In this document: piece after piece, positions 18,746 to 28,515 of the stretch
Numbering within the stretch: the first letter of the stretch is position 1
Layout of the letters: each line of letters begins with the position of its first letter
Assembly: GCA_048617235.1 (NCBI GenBank)
Contig: JBMCHT010000003.1
Span: 17,958 to 81,957 of the forward strand
DNA: 64,000 nt
DNA from: Patescibacteria group bacterium
GTDB lineage: Bacteria > Patescibacteriota > Minisyncoccia > Phycocordibacterales > XYD1-FULL-46-19
Direction of reading: 5' to 3'
The notes under the pieces: model-generated
The model's input: the letters and a program-made list of their open reading frames with translations, nothing else
Databases searched by the model: none
Told to the model about the DNA's origin: nothing
Position numbers and translations under genes: made by a program

Positions 18746-19111
18746 TTAAAATTTCAATCCGGCTTGACGAGCTCCATCGGCTACCGCTTTAACTTGACCG
18801 GCATAACGATAACCACTTCTATCAAAAACTACGGCAGTAATTTTTTTCTCTTTAGCTGCTTCAGCTAGAGATTGACCAACTATAAAAGCTTTCTCTACTC
18901 TGTTTTTTTTATTTTGATTATCTTCAAATATTTTCTTGCCGGAAATACCGACTAAAGTTTGACCGGTAACATCATCCACTAAAAAAGCATTGATATAACG
19001 ATTAGAACGAAAAACAGCCAAGCGGGGTTTAGTAATTACTCCTTTAACTTTAGCCCGCACTCGACGATGGCGTAGTTCTCTGATAGGAGTTTTGGAAATT
19101 GAAGTAGACAT
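18746..19111 (-). CDS. rplR: 50S ribosomal protein L18
   Basis: 121 aa. RHRRVR N-terminus. Conserved position. Confidence 0.92.
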   Translation of the reverse strand: MSTSISKTPIRELRHRRVRAKVKGVITKPRLAVFRSNRYINAFLVDDVTGQTLVGISGKKIFEDNQNKKNRVEKAFIVGQSLAEAAKEKKITAVVFDRSGYRYAGQVKAVADGARQAGLKF

Positions 19112-19125
19112 AGAAATAAAATTAA

Positions 19126-19662
19126 TTAAGCAACAGACTTCTTACCTTGTTTTCTTAAAACGACCTCATCAATATAACGAATTCCTTTTCCTTTATAAGG
19201 CTCGGTTTTCTTTTGGATTCTGATTAAAGAAGCAAAACCGCCAACCGATTCTTTATTATAACCGGAAACGGTAATGTTATTCTTTTCTACCGTTACTTCC
19301 AAATCTGCCGGAATTTTTAAACGCACCTGATGAGAAAAACCCACATCCAAAACCAAATGCCCGTCAGTAACATTTATTTTATAACCTATTCCTTCTATTA
19401 CTAATTTTTTAACGAAGCCTTCAGTTACACCAACAACCATATTTTTTAAATGTGAACCATAAGTACCCCACAAATTCTTCGCTAAAATAGAATCAGCAAC
19501 CGGCACTAAAGTGATTTGATTATCATTAATCTTAATATCTATCACATCTTTAAAAATACGACTGATTTTACCCCGAGGACCAGAAACAATAACTTCCCCT
19601 CCGTTTTTATCCACGGTTACTCCTTGAGGAATTTCTATAATTTGTTTACCAATTCTAGACAT
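19126..19662 (-). CDS. rplF: 50S ribosomal protein L6
   Basis: MSRIGKQIIEIPQGV... start. 178 aa. Confidence 0.93.
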   Translation of the reverse strand: MSRIGKQIIEIPQGVTVDKNGGEVIVSGPRGKISRIFKDVIDIKINDNQITLVPVADSILAKNLWGTYGSHLKNMVVGVTEGFVKKLVIEGIGYKINVTDGHLVLDVGFSHQVRLKIPADLEVTVEKNNITVSGYNKESVGGFASLIRIQKKTEPYKGKGIRYIDEVVLRKQGKKSVA

Positions 19663-19673
19663 AAAAATTTAAA

Positions 19674-20078
19674 TTACCAAATTTGAAATATTACTTCACC
19701 ACCCAATTTTTGTTTTCGAGCCTCTTCTTCAGCCATTAATCCTTTAGAAGTAGATACAACTACTAATCCATAACCCTGACGGGTCGGCCTTAGTTCAGAT
19801 ACTTTCTTGTAAATTCGACGGGAAGGTTTTGATATTTTCTTAATTTGACTTAATCTGGCTTGAGGTCGAGTTCCGGGTACAGCCGGTAAATAAGAAATAT
19901 AACAAGATAAATAAGGACGATTACGTCGCATTTTTTTAGTAATATTTTCCAAATAACCTTTAGAAGCCAAAACTTTGATTACCTCGTGTTTAAATTTAGA
20001 ATAAGGGAAAACCACTTCCTCCCGCCCGGTCAAAGCGGTATTCTTTATTTGAACTAACATGTCTGCTATTGGATCCAT
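19674..20078 (-). CDS. rpsH: 30S ribosomal protein S8
   Basis: MDPIADMLVQIKNT start typical of uS8. 134 aa. Confidence 0.93.
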   Translation of the reverse strand: MDPIADMLVQIKNTALTGREEVVFPYSKFKHEVIKVLASKGYLENITKKMRRNRPYLSCYISYLPAVPGTRPQARLSQIKKISKPSRRIYKKVSELRPTRQGYGLVVVSTSKGLMAEEEARKQKLGGEVIFQIW

Positions 20079-20088
20079 AATAATTTAA

Positions 20089-20274
20089 TTACCAAGAAGA
20101 TTTTCTAACACCGGGAATTTGGCCTTGGTTAGCAAATTCCCTAAAACAAATTCGACATAAACCAAAATCCCTCATATAACCATGTTTACGCCCACAATGA
20201 AAACAACGATTAATCGTCCGAGATTTAAATTTCGGATTTTTCTGAGCTCTGGCAATAACGGATTTTTTGGCCAT
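20089..20274 (-). CDS. rpsN: 30S ribosomal protein S14 type Z (zinc-binding)
   Basis: 61 aa with a CxxC...CxxC pattern ([20 protein letters not shown]). Confidence 0.93.
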   Translation of the reverse strand: MAKKSVIARAQKNPKFKSRTINRCFHCGRKHGYMRDFGLCRICFREFANQGQIPGVRKSSW

Positions 20275-20387
20275 ATTTTATATAAAAATAAAAATAATTA
20301 AAATAAAAGGCTTAGGTTAAGCCAGTGCTTATCCTATCAATTATACAGGATGATGTCAAACTATTGTCCTTACTTTAAAAACTTATT

Positions 20388-20945
20388 TTAAGCAACTTTT
20401 TTGGTTTCTTTAAATGGAAAATCCAAATGTTTAAACAAAACTTCTCCGGATTGCCTATCGGTGGCTGAAGTAATAACCGTCACCGCCAAACCAAAAACAT
20501 CTTTTAAATCTTCATCGGATGTCTCCGGAAAAACCACATGCTCTTTAACAGCTAAAGTTAAATTACCCATTTCGTCAATAGATTTTAAAGTATAACCCTT
20601 AAAATCCCGAGAACGAGGAATAGCCACATTTATTAACTTATCCAAAAAGGCATACATCCGATTTCCACGCAAAGTAACGGATTGACCAATGATATCTCCT
20701 TGTCTTAATTTAAAGGAAGCAATTGATTGTTTAGCCGGTCGAGGAGATGGCTTTTGGCCGGTTATTTTAGATAAACGATCAGCCACCAATTCATTCTTCT
20801 TTTTTTTATCAACCGCTTTGCCAGTACCGGAGCTGACTACCACTTTAACCAATCTCGGAACAGCCAAGCTGTTGGTTAAACCCAATTCTTTTTTTAAATC
20901 CGGTAAAACTCTTTGGTATTTATTTTTTAAATTTTCAATAGCCAT
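20388..20945 (-). CDS. rplE: 50S ribosomal protein L5
   Basis: 185 aa. Conserved uL5 core. Position between rpsN and rplX. Confidence 0.92.
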   Translation of the reverse strand: MAIENLKNKYQRVLPDLKKELGLTNSLAVPRLVKVVVSSGTGKAVDKKKKNELVADRLSKITGQKPSPRPAKQSIASFKLRQGDIIGQSVTLRGNRMYAFLDKLINVAIPRSRDFKGYTLKSIDEMGNLTLAVKEHVVFPETSDEDLKDVFGLAVTVITSATDRQSGEVLFKHLDFPFKETKKVA

Positions 20946-20953
20946 AATTTATT

Positions 20954-21271
20954 TTATTTAAAAACTTTTTCACATTTAACACAAGTTCTAATTTTATCTC
21001 CGTTTTTATCTTCAGTCTTTTTAATCCTAACTCCTCGATTACAATTTGAACAGAAAAGTAATACATTAGAATAGGCTACCGGTAAAGAAATGGATAAAAC
21101 TTGTCCGGCTTCTCCCTTTTGCCTGGATTTAACTCTTTTGGTTCTAACGTTAACACCCTCAATCACCAAGCGATTATTTTCTCTGTCCACTTTAGTCACT
21201 TGACCGGTTTTACCTTTATCTTTACCGGCAATAATATAAACTTTATCTTTGGTTTTAATATTCATTTTCAT
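20954..21271 (-). CDS. rplX: 50S ribosomal protein L24 with C-terminal zinc-ribbon extension
   Basis: KOW region (KVYIIAGKDKGKTGQV) followed by CSNCNRG...CVKCEK. Confidence 0.9.
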   Translation of the reverse strand: MKMNIKTKDKVYIIAGKDKGKTGQVTKVDRENNRLVIEGVNVRTKRVKSRQKGEAGQVLSISLPVAYSNVLLFCSNCNRGVRIKKTEDKNGDKIRTCVKCEKVFK

Positions 21272-21280
21272 AATATTTAT

Positions 21281-21652
21281 TTATAGGACTTCAGGAGCCA
21301 ATGAGATTATTTTTTGATAACCCGATTCCGCCAATTCTCTGGGAATAGGCCCGAAAATACGACCACCCCTCGGTTCTTTTTTACCTTTTTCCAAAATAAC
21401 TACCGCATTCTCATCAAAACTGATATAAGAACCGTCTTTTCGCCTATAAGGCTGTTTTTGCCTAACCACTATTGCCTGAACCACTTCTTTTTTCTTTAAA
21501 GCTTTACGCGGTTCAGCCACCTGAACGGCCAAAACCACCAAATCTCCGATGCGAGCATATCGACGCTTGGAACCGCCAAGTACCTTAAATACCCGACCGA
21601 TTTTAGCTCCGGTATTATCTGTTATTTTTACTATGGTTTGCGGTTGAATCAT
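21281..21652 (-). CDS. rplN: 50S ribosomal protein L14
   Basis: MIQPQTIVKITDNTGAK start. 123 aa. Confidence 0.95.
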   Translation of the reverse strand: MIQPQTIVKITDNTGAKIGRVFKVLGGSKRRYARIGDLVVLAVQVAEPRKALKKKEVVQAIVVRQKQPYRRKDGSYISFDENAVVILEKGKKEPRGGRIFGPIPRELAESGYQKIISLAPEVL

Positions 21653-21660
21653 AATCTTTA

Positions 21661-21942
21661 TTAAATAATCTGACCATTAACAGCTATAACTTTAAAACTC
21701 TTATCTTTGGAAAACGGTTTGGTTTCCATAATGGTTACTTTGTCCCCTAACTGACAAGCTCTATTTTCCAAATGAGCCTTGTAACGTTTATTTTTGTTAA
21801 TGAATTTACCATAACGAACATGTTTAATTCTTTTGGTTACTTCCACCACCACGGTTTTATCCATTTTATCTGAAACCACCACTCCGAATAATTTTCTCGG
21901 CTTAGCAATCTTTTGTTTAACTTGTGAATTATTTTCAGACAT
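21661..21942 (-). CDS. rpsQ: 30S ribosomal protein S17
   Basis: 93 aa, OB-fold. Position after rpmC. Confidence 0.92.
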   Translation of the reverse strand: MSENNSQVKQKIAKPRKLFGVVVSDKMDKTVVVEVTKRIKHVRYGKFINKNKRYKAHLENRACQLGDKVTIMETKPFSKDKSFKVIAVNGQII

Positions 21943-21964
21943 ATTAATTTTATATTTGATTTTT

Positions 21965-22162
21965 CTATTGATCTTTTGTTGTTAGATTTAATTTAGTCAA
22001 CAACCGAGCAATTTCTTTTTTTAAATCACGACCAGCCTTAGTGTTAGTTGTTTTTCCTCCGGCTAAAGCTCCTTTTAACTTAGCCAATTCTTTTCGTTTT
22101 TCTTCAATTGCTTTCTTTAAATCAATTGAAGTCATTTTTGAAATATCCTTTTTTTTAGCCAT
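21965..22162 (-). CDS. rpmC: 50S ribosomal protein L29
   Basis: 65-aa helical protein between rplP and rpsQ. Confidence 0.88.
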   Translation of the reverse strand: MAKKKDISKMTSIDLKKAIEEKRKELAKLKGALAGGKTTNTKAGRDLKKEIARLLTKLNLTTKDQ

Positions 22163-22205
22163 AGTCTTAATATCTTTATCACGAATTTAAAAATTTGTCC
22201 ATTAT

Positions 22206-22634
22206 TTAATTACCGGCTCGACTGACAATCTTGGTTTTAACCGGTAATTTAGCTCCGGCTTTACGCAAAGCTTCTCGAGACACTTCTTCACTTAAGCCGT
22301 CTAATTCAAATATAATTCGACCGGGCAAAACCTCAGCTTCATAACCCTGAAGATCGCCTTTGCCTTTACCCATACCCACCTCTGCCGGTTTAGTGGTAAA
22401 AGGTCGATCCGGGAATATCCTAATCCATAATTTTCCTTTCTTTTGCATTTGCCTGGCAATGGTTTTTCGCGCCGCTTCTATTTGATTAGAACGAATTCTG
22501 CCATGAGTCTGCGCTTTCAAACCAAAAGAACCGAAACCTAAACTAACCCCCCTAGATTCCACCCTTTTTTTATTGGGATTGGTTCTACCTGTTTGCCATT
22601 TACGATATTTTACTTTTTTGGGAAATAAAGCCAT
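22206..22634 (-). CDS. rplP: 50S ribosomal protein L16
   Basis: 142 aa. Conserved uL16 core. Confidence 0.93.
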   Translation of the reverse strand: MALFPKKVKYRKWQTGRTNPNKKRVESRGVSLGFGSFGLKAQTHGRIRSNQIEAARKTIARQMQKKGKLWIRIFPDRPFTTKPAEVGMGKGKGDLQGYEAEVLPGRIIFELDGLSEEVSREALRKAGAKLPVKTKIVSRAGN

Positions 22635-22640
22635 ATTATT

Positions 22641-23303
22641 TTATTTATCTTCTTTATCAAAAATTTCTCCTCGATAAATCCAAACTTTTACTCCAATTAC
22701 TCCATAAGTGGTAAAAGCTTTTTCACGAGCAAAATCTATATCTGCTCTTAGGGTTTGTAAAGGAATTCGTCCATCCTTAACCATTTCTTTCCGGCTCATA
22801 TCCGCCCCACCCAATCGACCGGAAACCGAAATTTTTACTCCTTCAACTCTGGATTGAGCCATAGATTTTTCCAAAACTTGTTTCATCACTCGTCTGAAAG
22901 GCATTCTTTTTTCCAAACCTTCAGCTACCATATAGGCTACAATAGCGGCATGGCTTTCCGGATCTTTAACTTCTTCTATATCTAATTTAACTGTTTTAGT
23001 AACATCATTATTTTTCTTTAATATTTTTTGAATATCACCTTTCAATTTAGTCACCCCGTCACCATTGCGTCCAATAACCATTCCCGGTCTGGAAGTTTTA
23101 ATTATCAACCTGATTTCATTTTCATCTCTTTCAATATCCACCGTAACTACATAAAACCCACGTAATTTTTTTCCTAAAAATTCTCTCAACGCAATATCAG
23201 CTTGTAAAAAATTTTGGTATTGACCTTTTTTACCAAACCAACGCGATTTCCAATCACGGATAATACCTAAACGATGCGAATAAGGATGAACTGTATGAGT
23301 CAT
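22641..23303 (-). CDS. rpsC: 30S ribosomal protein S3
   Basis: KH domain plus S3 C-domain. 220 aa. Confidence 0.95.
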   Translation of the reverse strand: MTHTVHPYSHRLGIIRDWKSRWFGKKGQYQNFLQADIALREFLGKKLRGFYVVTVDIERDENEIRLIIKTSRPGMVIGRNGDGVTKLKGDIQKILKKNNDVTKTVKLDIEEVKDPESHAAIVAYMVAEGLEKRMPFRRVMKQVLEKSMAQSRVEGVKISVSGRLGGADMSRKEMVKDGRIPLQTLRADIDFAREKAFTTYGVIGVKVWIYRGEIFDKEDK

Positions 23304-23320
23304 AATAATATTATTTAAAT

Positions 23321-23662
23321 TTACTTAGAATGATTAACCGTATCTAATTCAACCTGGATTCGACTGGCCCGTTTACGAATCAAAAAAGCTCGTCCTCTGG
23401 CTCTTGGTCTCATTCTTTTTAAAGTCAAACCTTTGTCTACCCTAATATTTTTCACTATCAAGTCATCTTTAGACAAACTGGCATCTTTATTTTTGGCATT
23501 AGCGGCCGCACTACTTATTAATTTACCTATAGAAAGACTGGCTCTTTTTGGTAAAAATTGCAATTCGGCCAAAGCTCGAGAAACAGTTTTACCCTTAACC
23601 AAATCCGTTACCAAACGAACTTTGCGAGGGGATTGTCTATATTGGTTAAGTTGAGCTTTCAT
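23321..23662 (-). CDS. rplV: 50S ribosomal protein L22
   Basis: 113 aa. Conserved position. Confidence 0.92.
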   Translation of the reverse strand: MKAQLNQYRQSPRKVRLVTDLVKGKTVSRALAELQFLPKRASLSIGKLISSAAANAKNKDASLSKDDLIVKNIRVDKGLTLKRMRPRARGRAFLIRKRASRIQVELDTVNHSK

Positions 23663-23667
23663 AATAG

Positions 23668-24003
23668 TTATTTTTTATCAGCAGTTTTAGCGGCTCGAGC
23701 AGCGGCAATTTCTGCTTCCTTTTTCTTCATCTCCAATTCTTTTTGCATTTTACCACCATGCCTGATAAATTTACGAGTCGGAGAAAATTCACCCAAACGA
23801 TGACCTACCATTTCTTCGGTAATTAGAACCTCTATATGGTGCCGACCATTATGGACACCAAAAGTAAAACCGACCATTTCCGGACTAATTTGACTGCTAC
23901 GAGCCCAAGTTTTAATCACTCCGGTATCATTTGGCTTCTTATCGGTTATTTTCTTCAATAATTTAGGATCTATATACGGTCCTTTTTTAAGTGAACGGGC
24001 CAT
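23668..24003 (-). CDS. rpsS: 30S ribosomal protein S19
   Basis: [12 protein letters not shown] start. 111 aa with a C-terminal Lys/Ala-rich tail. Confidence 0.93.
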   Translation of the reverse strand: MARSLKKGPYIDPKLLKKITDKKPNDTGVIKTWARSSQISPEMVGFTFGVHNGRHHIEVLITEEMVGHRLGEFSPTRKFIRHGGKMQKELEMKKKEAEIAAARAAKTADKK

Positions 24004-24148
24004 GAAAATTTAATCAGATTAGTTATTGTACTAGTTATATAATTAAAAAGGCTCTAAATACAGCCAGAGCCAAGGCTAATGTTATCAGATAAAGACAAAA
24101 TGTCAACCAAAGTAACATTTTTTTAACTCTAAAAAACCAAGATTGACA

Positions 24149-24988
24149 TTATTTACGCTTCTTGGTCTTTCGTCTGGAGACAATTAACCGATTAGAATAT
24201 TTTTTAGCCGGACGAGTTTTGGAACCACCGGTAATTTTACCATGTTTGGTCTTAGGTCGTTTAGTTCCTCGACCTTGACGGCCTTCTCCGCCACCATAAG
24301 GATGATCTACCGGGTTCATGGCACTACCTCGAACTTTAGGTCTGATACCCAGCCATCGGGATCTTCCGGCTTTTCCTTTATTAACTTGTTTATATTCTTC
24401 ATTAGAGACCGCTCCAACAGTTACCCAAGCTTTTTCGTTTACTTTTCTAATCTCTCCCGAAGGCATCTTAATTAAAGAATAACCGGCGTCATTAGATAAA
24501 ACCTCAGCATAAGTACCGGCGGAGCGTACTAATTTAGCTCCTCCTTCCGGTTTTAATTCTATATTATAAATCATAGTACCAGCCACAGCTTTGTTTAAAG
24601 GGATACTATTACCGGGCTTTATTTTTGCTTTAGCCGAAACTATAATTTCATCTCCCATTTTAACAGTTTTAGGAGCTAAAATATAACGACGTTCTCCATC
24701 GGCATAACAAACTAAAGCAATAAAACCGGAACGATTAGGATCATACTCAATCGATTCCACTTTAGCCGGTATTTCTTTCTTATTATATGAAAAATCAACC
24801 AAACGATAACGACGTTTATGTCCCCCACCTCTATGATGAACAGTGATTCTTCCTCCACTGTTTCGTCCAACATGACGCTTACGTCCAAAAACCAAGGGTT
24901 TATGCGGTTTAGAAGTGGTTAAATTTTTTTTATATGAAACCGTAGACATTTGACGTCGAGACGGTGTTGTCGGCTTGTATTTTTTCAT
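24149..24988 (-). CDS. rplB: 50S ribosomal protein L2
   Basis: 279 aa. Conserved uL2 C-terminal region. A 145-bp gap separates it from rpsS. Confidence 0.95.
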   Translation of the reverse strand: MKKYKPTTPSRRQMSTVSYKKNLTTSKPHKPLVFGRKRHVGRNSGGRITVHHRGGGHKRRYRLVDFSYNKKEIPAKVESIEYDPNRSGFIALVCYADGERRYILAPKTVKMGDEIIVSAKAKIKPGNSIPLNKAVAGTMIYNIELKPEGGAKLVRSAGTYAEVLSNDAGYSLIKMPSGEIRKVNEKAWVTVGAVSNEEYKQVNKGKAGRSRWLGIRPKVRGSAMNPVDHPYGGGEGRQGRGTKRPKTKHGKITGGSKTRPAKKYSNRLIVSRRKTKKRK

Positions 24989-25005
24989 AAATCAATAATC
25001 TATTT

Positions 25006-25320
25006 TTAAATAAAATCTATTTTTTGACCAACCGGAACATAAATCATGGCCTTCTTATAACCCGAACGGCGTCCACGGCGTCCACGTATTTTTTCCCATC
25101 GAGGACTATTTTTTACAATATTAACCTTAGTTGGATTTATTTTATATTTTTTGAAAAAAGCCTCACTAATCTCAATTTTATTAACTTCCATAGGCACATC
25201 AAAAGTATAAATTGGAGCCGGGGCGGTAACCGACTCGGCTAAACCGACACTTTTCTCGGTAATTCGAGGTTTTATCAATCTCAATTCAGTTTTTATGGTT
25301 TGTTTACCTAATTTAGACAT
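25006..25320 (-). CDS. rplW: 50S ribosomal protein L23
   Basis: 104 aa. Position between rplD and rplB. Confidence 0.9.
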   Translation of the reverse strand: MSKLGKQTIKTELRLIKPRITEKSVGLAESVTAPAPIYTFDVPMEVNKIEISEAFFKKYKINPTKVNIVKNSPRWEKIRGRRGRRSGYKKAMIYVPVGQKIDFI

Positions 25321-25330
25321 AATATTAAAA

Positions 25331-26038
25331 CTATTTTACCTCTAATGGAAGAGGGGAATGACTATTACCTAGAATTTTTTGAAATCGCCCCCTAATTATT
25401 TCAAAAACAATTTCCGGATCAGTTATTATTAAATATTTGTAAGTAGCCACCAACAAAGGATCAATATTTCTGGCTTCTTCCACTTTAATTGTGGGTAAAC
25501 TTTTAACACTTTTTACTAAATTGTTATTTAAATCCGGAGTAATCACTAAAGCTCTTTTCCCTTTGTCATAAATTAACTCCGAAAAACCATCTACTACTGA
25601 CCAATTTTTAAAAGATTCTTTAACTGTTTTAATTGACGGAGATTCTAACTTCCAAGCTTCCACCAATAATAAATTATTAGTTTTAGCTTTAGTAGACATT
25701 AAAGCCAAAAGGGCTTTAAATTTCATCTTTCTATTTATTTTTTGACTATATTTTCTTTCCGGTCGAGGGCCATGAGTAACCCCTCCGCCAATCCAAATTG
25801 GAGACCGAATTGAACCATGACGAGCTCGACCGGTTCCTTTCTGCCTCCAAGGTTTACGGCCACCACCGGACACCTCACTTCTGTCTTTAACTGCAACTGT
25901 TTCTTGGCGTTGATTAGCTCTTTCAGCTGTTATTACTTGATGAACCAAATCTCCATTCCAATCAACATTAAATATTTCCCCCGGTAAATCCAACTGACCG
26001 ATTTCTTTACCTGAATGATTGTATAACGAAGATTGCAT
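25331..26038 (-). CDS. rplD: 50S ribosomal protein L4
   Basis: 235 aa. Conserved uL4 loop region. Confidence 0.92.
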   Translation of the reverse strand: MQSSLYNHSGKEIGQLDLPGEIFNVDWNGDLVHQVITAERANQRQETVAVKDRSEVSGGGRKPWRQKGTGRARHGSIRSPIWIGGGVTHGPRPERKYSQKINRKMKFKALLALMSTKAKTNNLLLVEAWKLESPSIKTVKESFKNWSVVDGFSELIYDKGKRALVITPDLNNNLVKSVKSLPTIKVEEARNIDPLLVATYKYLIITDPEIVFEIIRGRFQKILGNSHSPLPLEVK

Positions 26039-26120
26039 GTTTATTTTAATTTGGAAAAACCGCCTCGGCGGTCATCCTTAAATTATACTTTCAATTACTA
26101 ACATAAAAAAATCAGCCTGT

Positions 26121-26750
26121 CTAATTTGCTTTTATTTCCACTATTGAACCGCGACGACCGGGAACAGCTCCGGAGATATAGAGTAAATTATTACCCTCGT
26201 CTACCTGAACTACTCGCAAACCTTTAACGGTTTTGCGTTTTCCACCCATCCGACCGGCCATTTTAGTTCCTTTAAAAACTTTTTGAGGACCGGTAGCTCC
26301 AATAGATCCGGGCTCTCTTTCGGAATGTTTCTGACCATGAGTTCGTGGGCCACCGGCAAAATTATACCTCTTAACCACACCTTGAAAACCCTTACCTTTG
26401 GTTAAACCGGATATTTCCACTTCATCACCTGAATTAAAAACTGAAACACTAACTTCTTGACCCGGTTCCGCTTCCACCGCTTTAGCTTTGGTTCTAAATT
26501 CCTTTAAAACTTGAAATCCATTCTCAGCCGCCGGCCAATTCTTTTTAATTTGACCTTGGAGAGCCTTGGACATCTTAGCTAAAGGTTTTTGACCATAACC
26601 AACATAAACACCATCATAACCATCTTTAGCTACGTTTTTTACTTCCAAAACTCGAACCGGTCCGGCGGCTATTACCGTTACCGGTAAAACCCGACCATCT
26701 TGATCGAAAATTTGAGTCATCTCTTTTTTTTGTCCCAGAATATATTTCAT
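26121..26750 (-). CDS. rplC: 50S ribosomal protein L3
   Basis: 209 aa. Conserved uL3 core. Confidence 0.93.
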   Translation of the reverse strand: MKYILGQKKEMTQIFDQDGRVLPVTVIAAGPVRVLEVKNVAKDGYDGVYVGYGQKPLAKMSKALQGQIKKNWPAAENGFQVLKEFRTKAKAVEAEPGQEVSVSVFNSGDEVEISGLTKGKGFQGVVKRYNFAGGPRTHGQKHSEREPGSIGATGPQKVFKGTKMAGRMGGKRKTVKGLRVVQVDEGNNLLYISGAVPGRRGSIVEIKAN

Positions 26751-26771
26751 GTTTTTAAGTATTTGGTCTTC

Positions 26772-27107
26772 CTATACCATCTTAACATCTATATTAACCC
26801 CCGAAGGTAAGTTCAAATTAGTCAAACTGTCCACTATTTTAGGAGAAGGGGCTATAATATCTATTAAACGCTTATGAACTCTCATTTCAAACTGTTCGCG
26901 CGAATCTTTATCTACAAAAGAACTGCGATTGACTGTATATTTTTTTATTTCCGTTGGTAAAGGTACCGGACCATTCAATTGACCATCATAACGTAAAGCC
27001 GTATCCACTATTTGCTTAACGCTGGAATCCAAAACTTTATTTTCATAAGCCGATACCCTAATACGTAATTTGGGGATTTCTGTTTGTTCAACGGATTTTT
27101 TAGCCAT
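26772..27107 (-). CDS. rpsJ: 30S ribosomal protein S10
   Basis: 111 aa. Heads the S10 operon directly downstream of tuf. Confidence 0.93.
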   Translation of the reverse strand: MAKKSVEQTEIPKLRIRVSAYENKVLDSSVKQIVDTALRYDGQLNGPVPLPTEIKKYTVNRSSFVDKDSREQFEMRVHKRLIDIIAPSPKIVDSLTNLNLPSGVNIDVKMV

Positions 27108-27130
27108 AATATAATTGCTTCAAAGCCGAT

Positions 27131-28324
27131 TTAGGCCACTATTTTAGTTACCACTCCGGCTCCGACCGTTTTACCACCTTCACGAATAGCAAATCGCTGA
27201 CGATCTTCCAAAGCTACTGGAGCTACCAATTTAACTTTAAAAGTAACTGTATCTCCAGGCATAACCATCTTAACATCATCAGCTAAAGTTACTTCTCCGG
27301 TTACATCGGTCGTTCTAATATAAAACTGCGGTTTATAACCGGTAAAGAACGGAGTATGACGACCACCTTCTTCCTTAGTTAAAATATAAACCTCAGCTTC
27401 AAATTCAGTGTGCGGAGTAACCGAACCCGGTTTGGCTAAAACTTGACCACGAGTAATATCGTCTTTTTTCAAACCTCGAAGTAAAATTCCGGCATTGTCT
27501 CCAGCCATTCCTTCATCTAGAGACTTATTAAACATTTCAATTCCGGTAACGGTAGTTTTAGAAGTGTCTTTCATTCCGATGATATCCACTTCTTCTCCGA
27601 CCTTAACAGCTCCTCTTTCAATTCTACCGGTAACCACTGTTCCTCGACCCTCAATGGAGAAAACATCTTCCACCGGCATCAAGAAAGGCTTATCAGTATC
27701 TCTTTCCGGTTCAGGAATATATTCATCCATAGCCTCAGCTAATTCCAAAACTTTTTTAGCTTGCTCATCATCAGCCGAAGTTGCCTCTAAAGCTTTAAGG
27801 GCTGATCCACGAATAACCGGAGCATTTTTACCATCGTATTCATATTTATCTAACAGTTCTCTAACCTCTTCCTCTACCAAATCAATCAATTCCGGATCAT
27901 CCACCATATCCACTTTATTTAAGAAAACAATAATTTTAGGCACTCCTACTTGGCGAGCCAACAATATATGCTCTCTGGTTTGAGGCATTAAACCATCGGT
28001 AGCCGCTACCACAATTATGGCACCATCCATTTGAGCGGCTCCGGTAATCATATTTTTAATGTAATCGGCGTGTCCGGGAGCATCAACATGAGCATAATGC
28101 CTCTTTTCGGTCTCATACTCATTGTGAGACAAAGCAATAGTAATACCGCGATCTCGTTCTTCGGGAGCGTTGTCAATATCATTAACTGCCCTCATCTTCA
28201 CTTTATTACCGGCCAAATTCAAAACATGCAAAATAGCGGCGGTTAAAGTAGTTTTTCCATGATCCACATGTCCAATGGTTCCGACATTAACATGAGATTT
28301 GGAACGATCAAATTTATCTGCCAT
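27131..28324 (-). CDS. tuf: Elongation factor Tu
   Basis: [27 protein letters not shown]-domain motifs. 397 aa. Confidence 0.97.
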   Translation of the reverse strand: MADKFDRSKSHVNVGTIGHVDHGKTTLTAAILHVLNLAGNKVKMRAVNDIDNAPEERDRGITIALSHNEYETEKRHYAHVDAPGHADYIKNMITGAAQMDGAIIVVAATDGLMPQTREHILLARQVGVPKIIVFLNKVDMVDDPELIDLVEEEVRELLDKYEYDGKNAPVIRGSALKALEATSADDEQAKKVLELAEAMDEYIPEPERDTDKPFLMPVEDVFSIEGRGTVVTGRIERGAVKVGEEVDIIGMKDTSKTTVTGIEMFNKSLDEGMAGDNAGILLRGLKKDDITRGQVLAKPGSVTPHTEFEAEVYILTKEEGGRHTPFFTGYKPQFYIRTTDVTGEVTLADDVKMVMPGDTVTFKVKLVAPVALEDRQRFAIREGGKTVGAGVVTKIVA

Positions 28325-28515
28325 AATAATTTTTAAATTAGCTTTAATAATTTATAACCTTTTAATTAAATAAATATAAATAAAAATTTAAGGTTTACTA
28401 TTTACTAGAATTCAAACCCAATAGCCATCTCTAAAAAAGCAAGCCTTAAACCACTTCTATTATTTATAGTTAAAACATACCAATATTATACTTAAAAACA
28501 ATATTAGTCAAGATT

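Noticed and set aside
24004-24148. 145-bp gap between rpsS and rplB examined for a missing gene or RNA
   Set aside because: No ORF and no obvious structure. Probably just an unusually long spacer, so not reported as a feature.
27495-27983. 162-aa plus-strand ORF (Ser/Thr-rich) inside tuf
   Set aside because: Antisense to a near-certain EF-Tu gene. Low-complexity translation typical of a shadow ORF.
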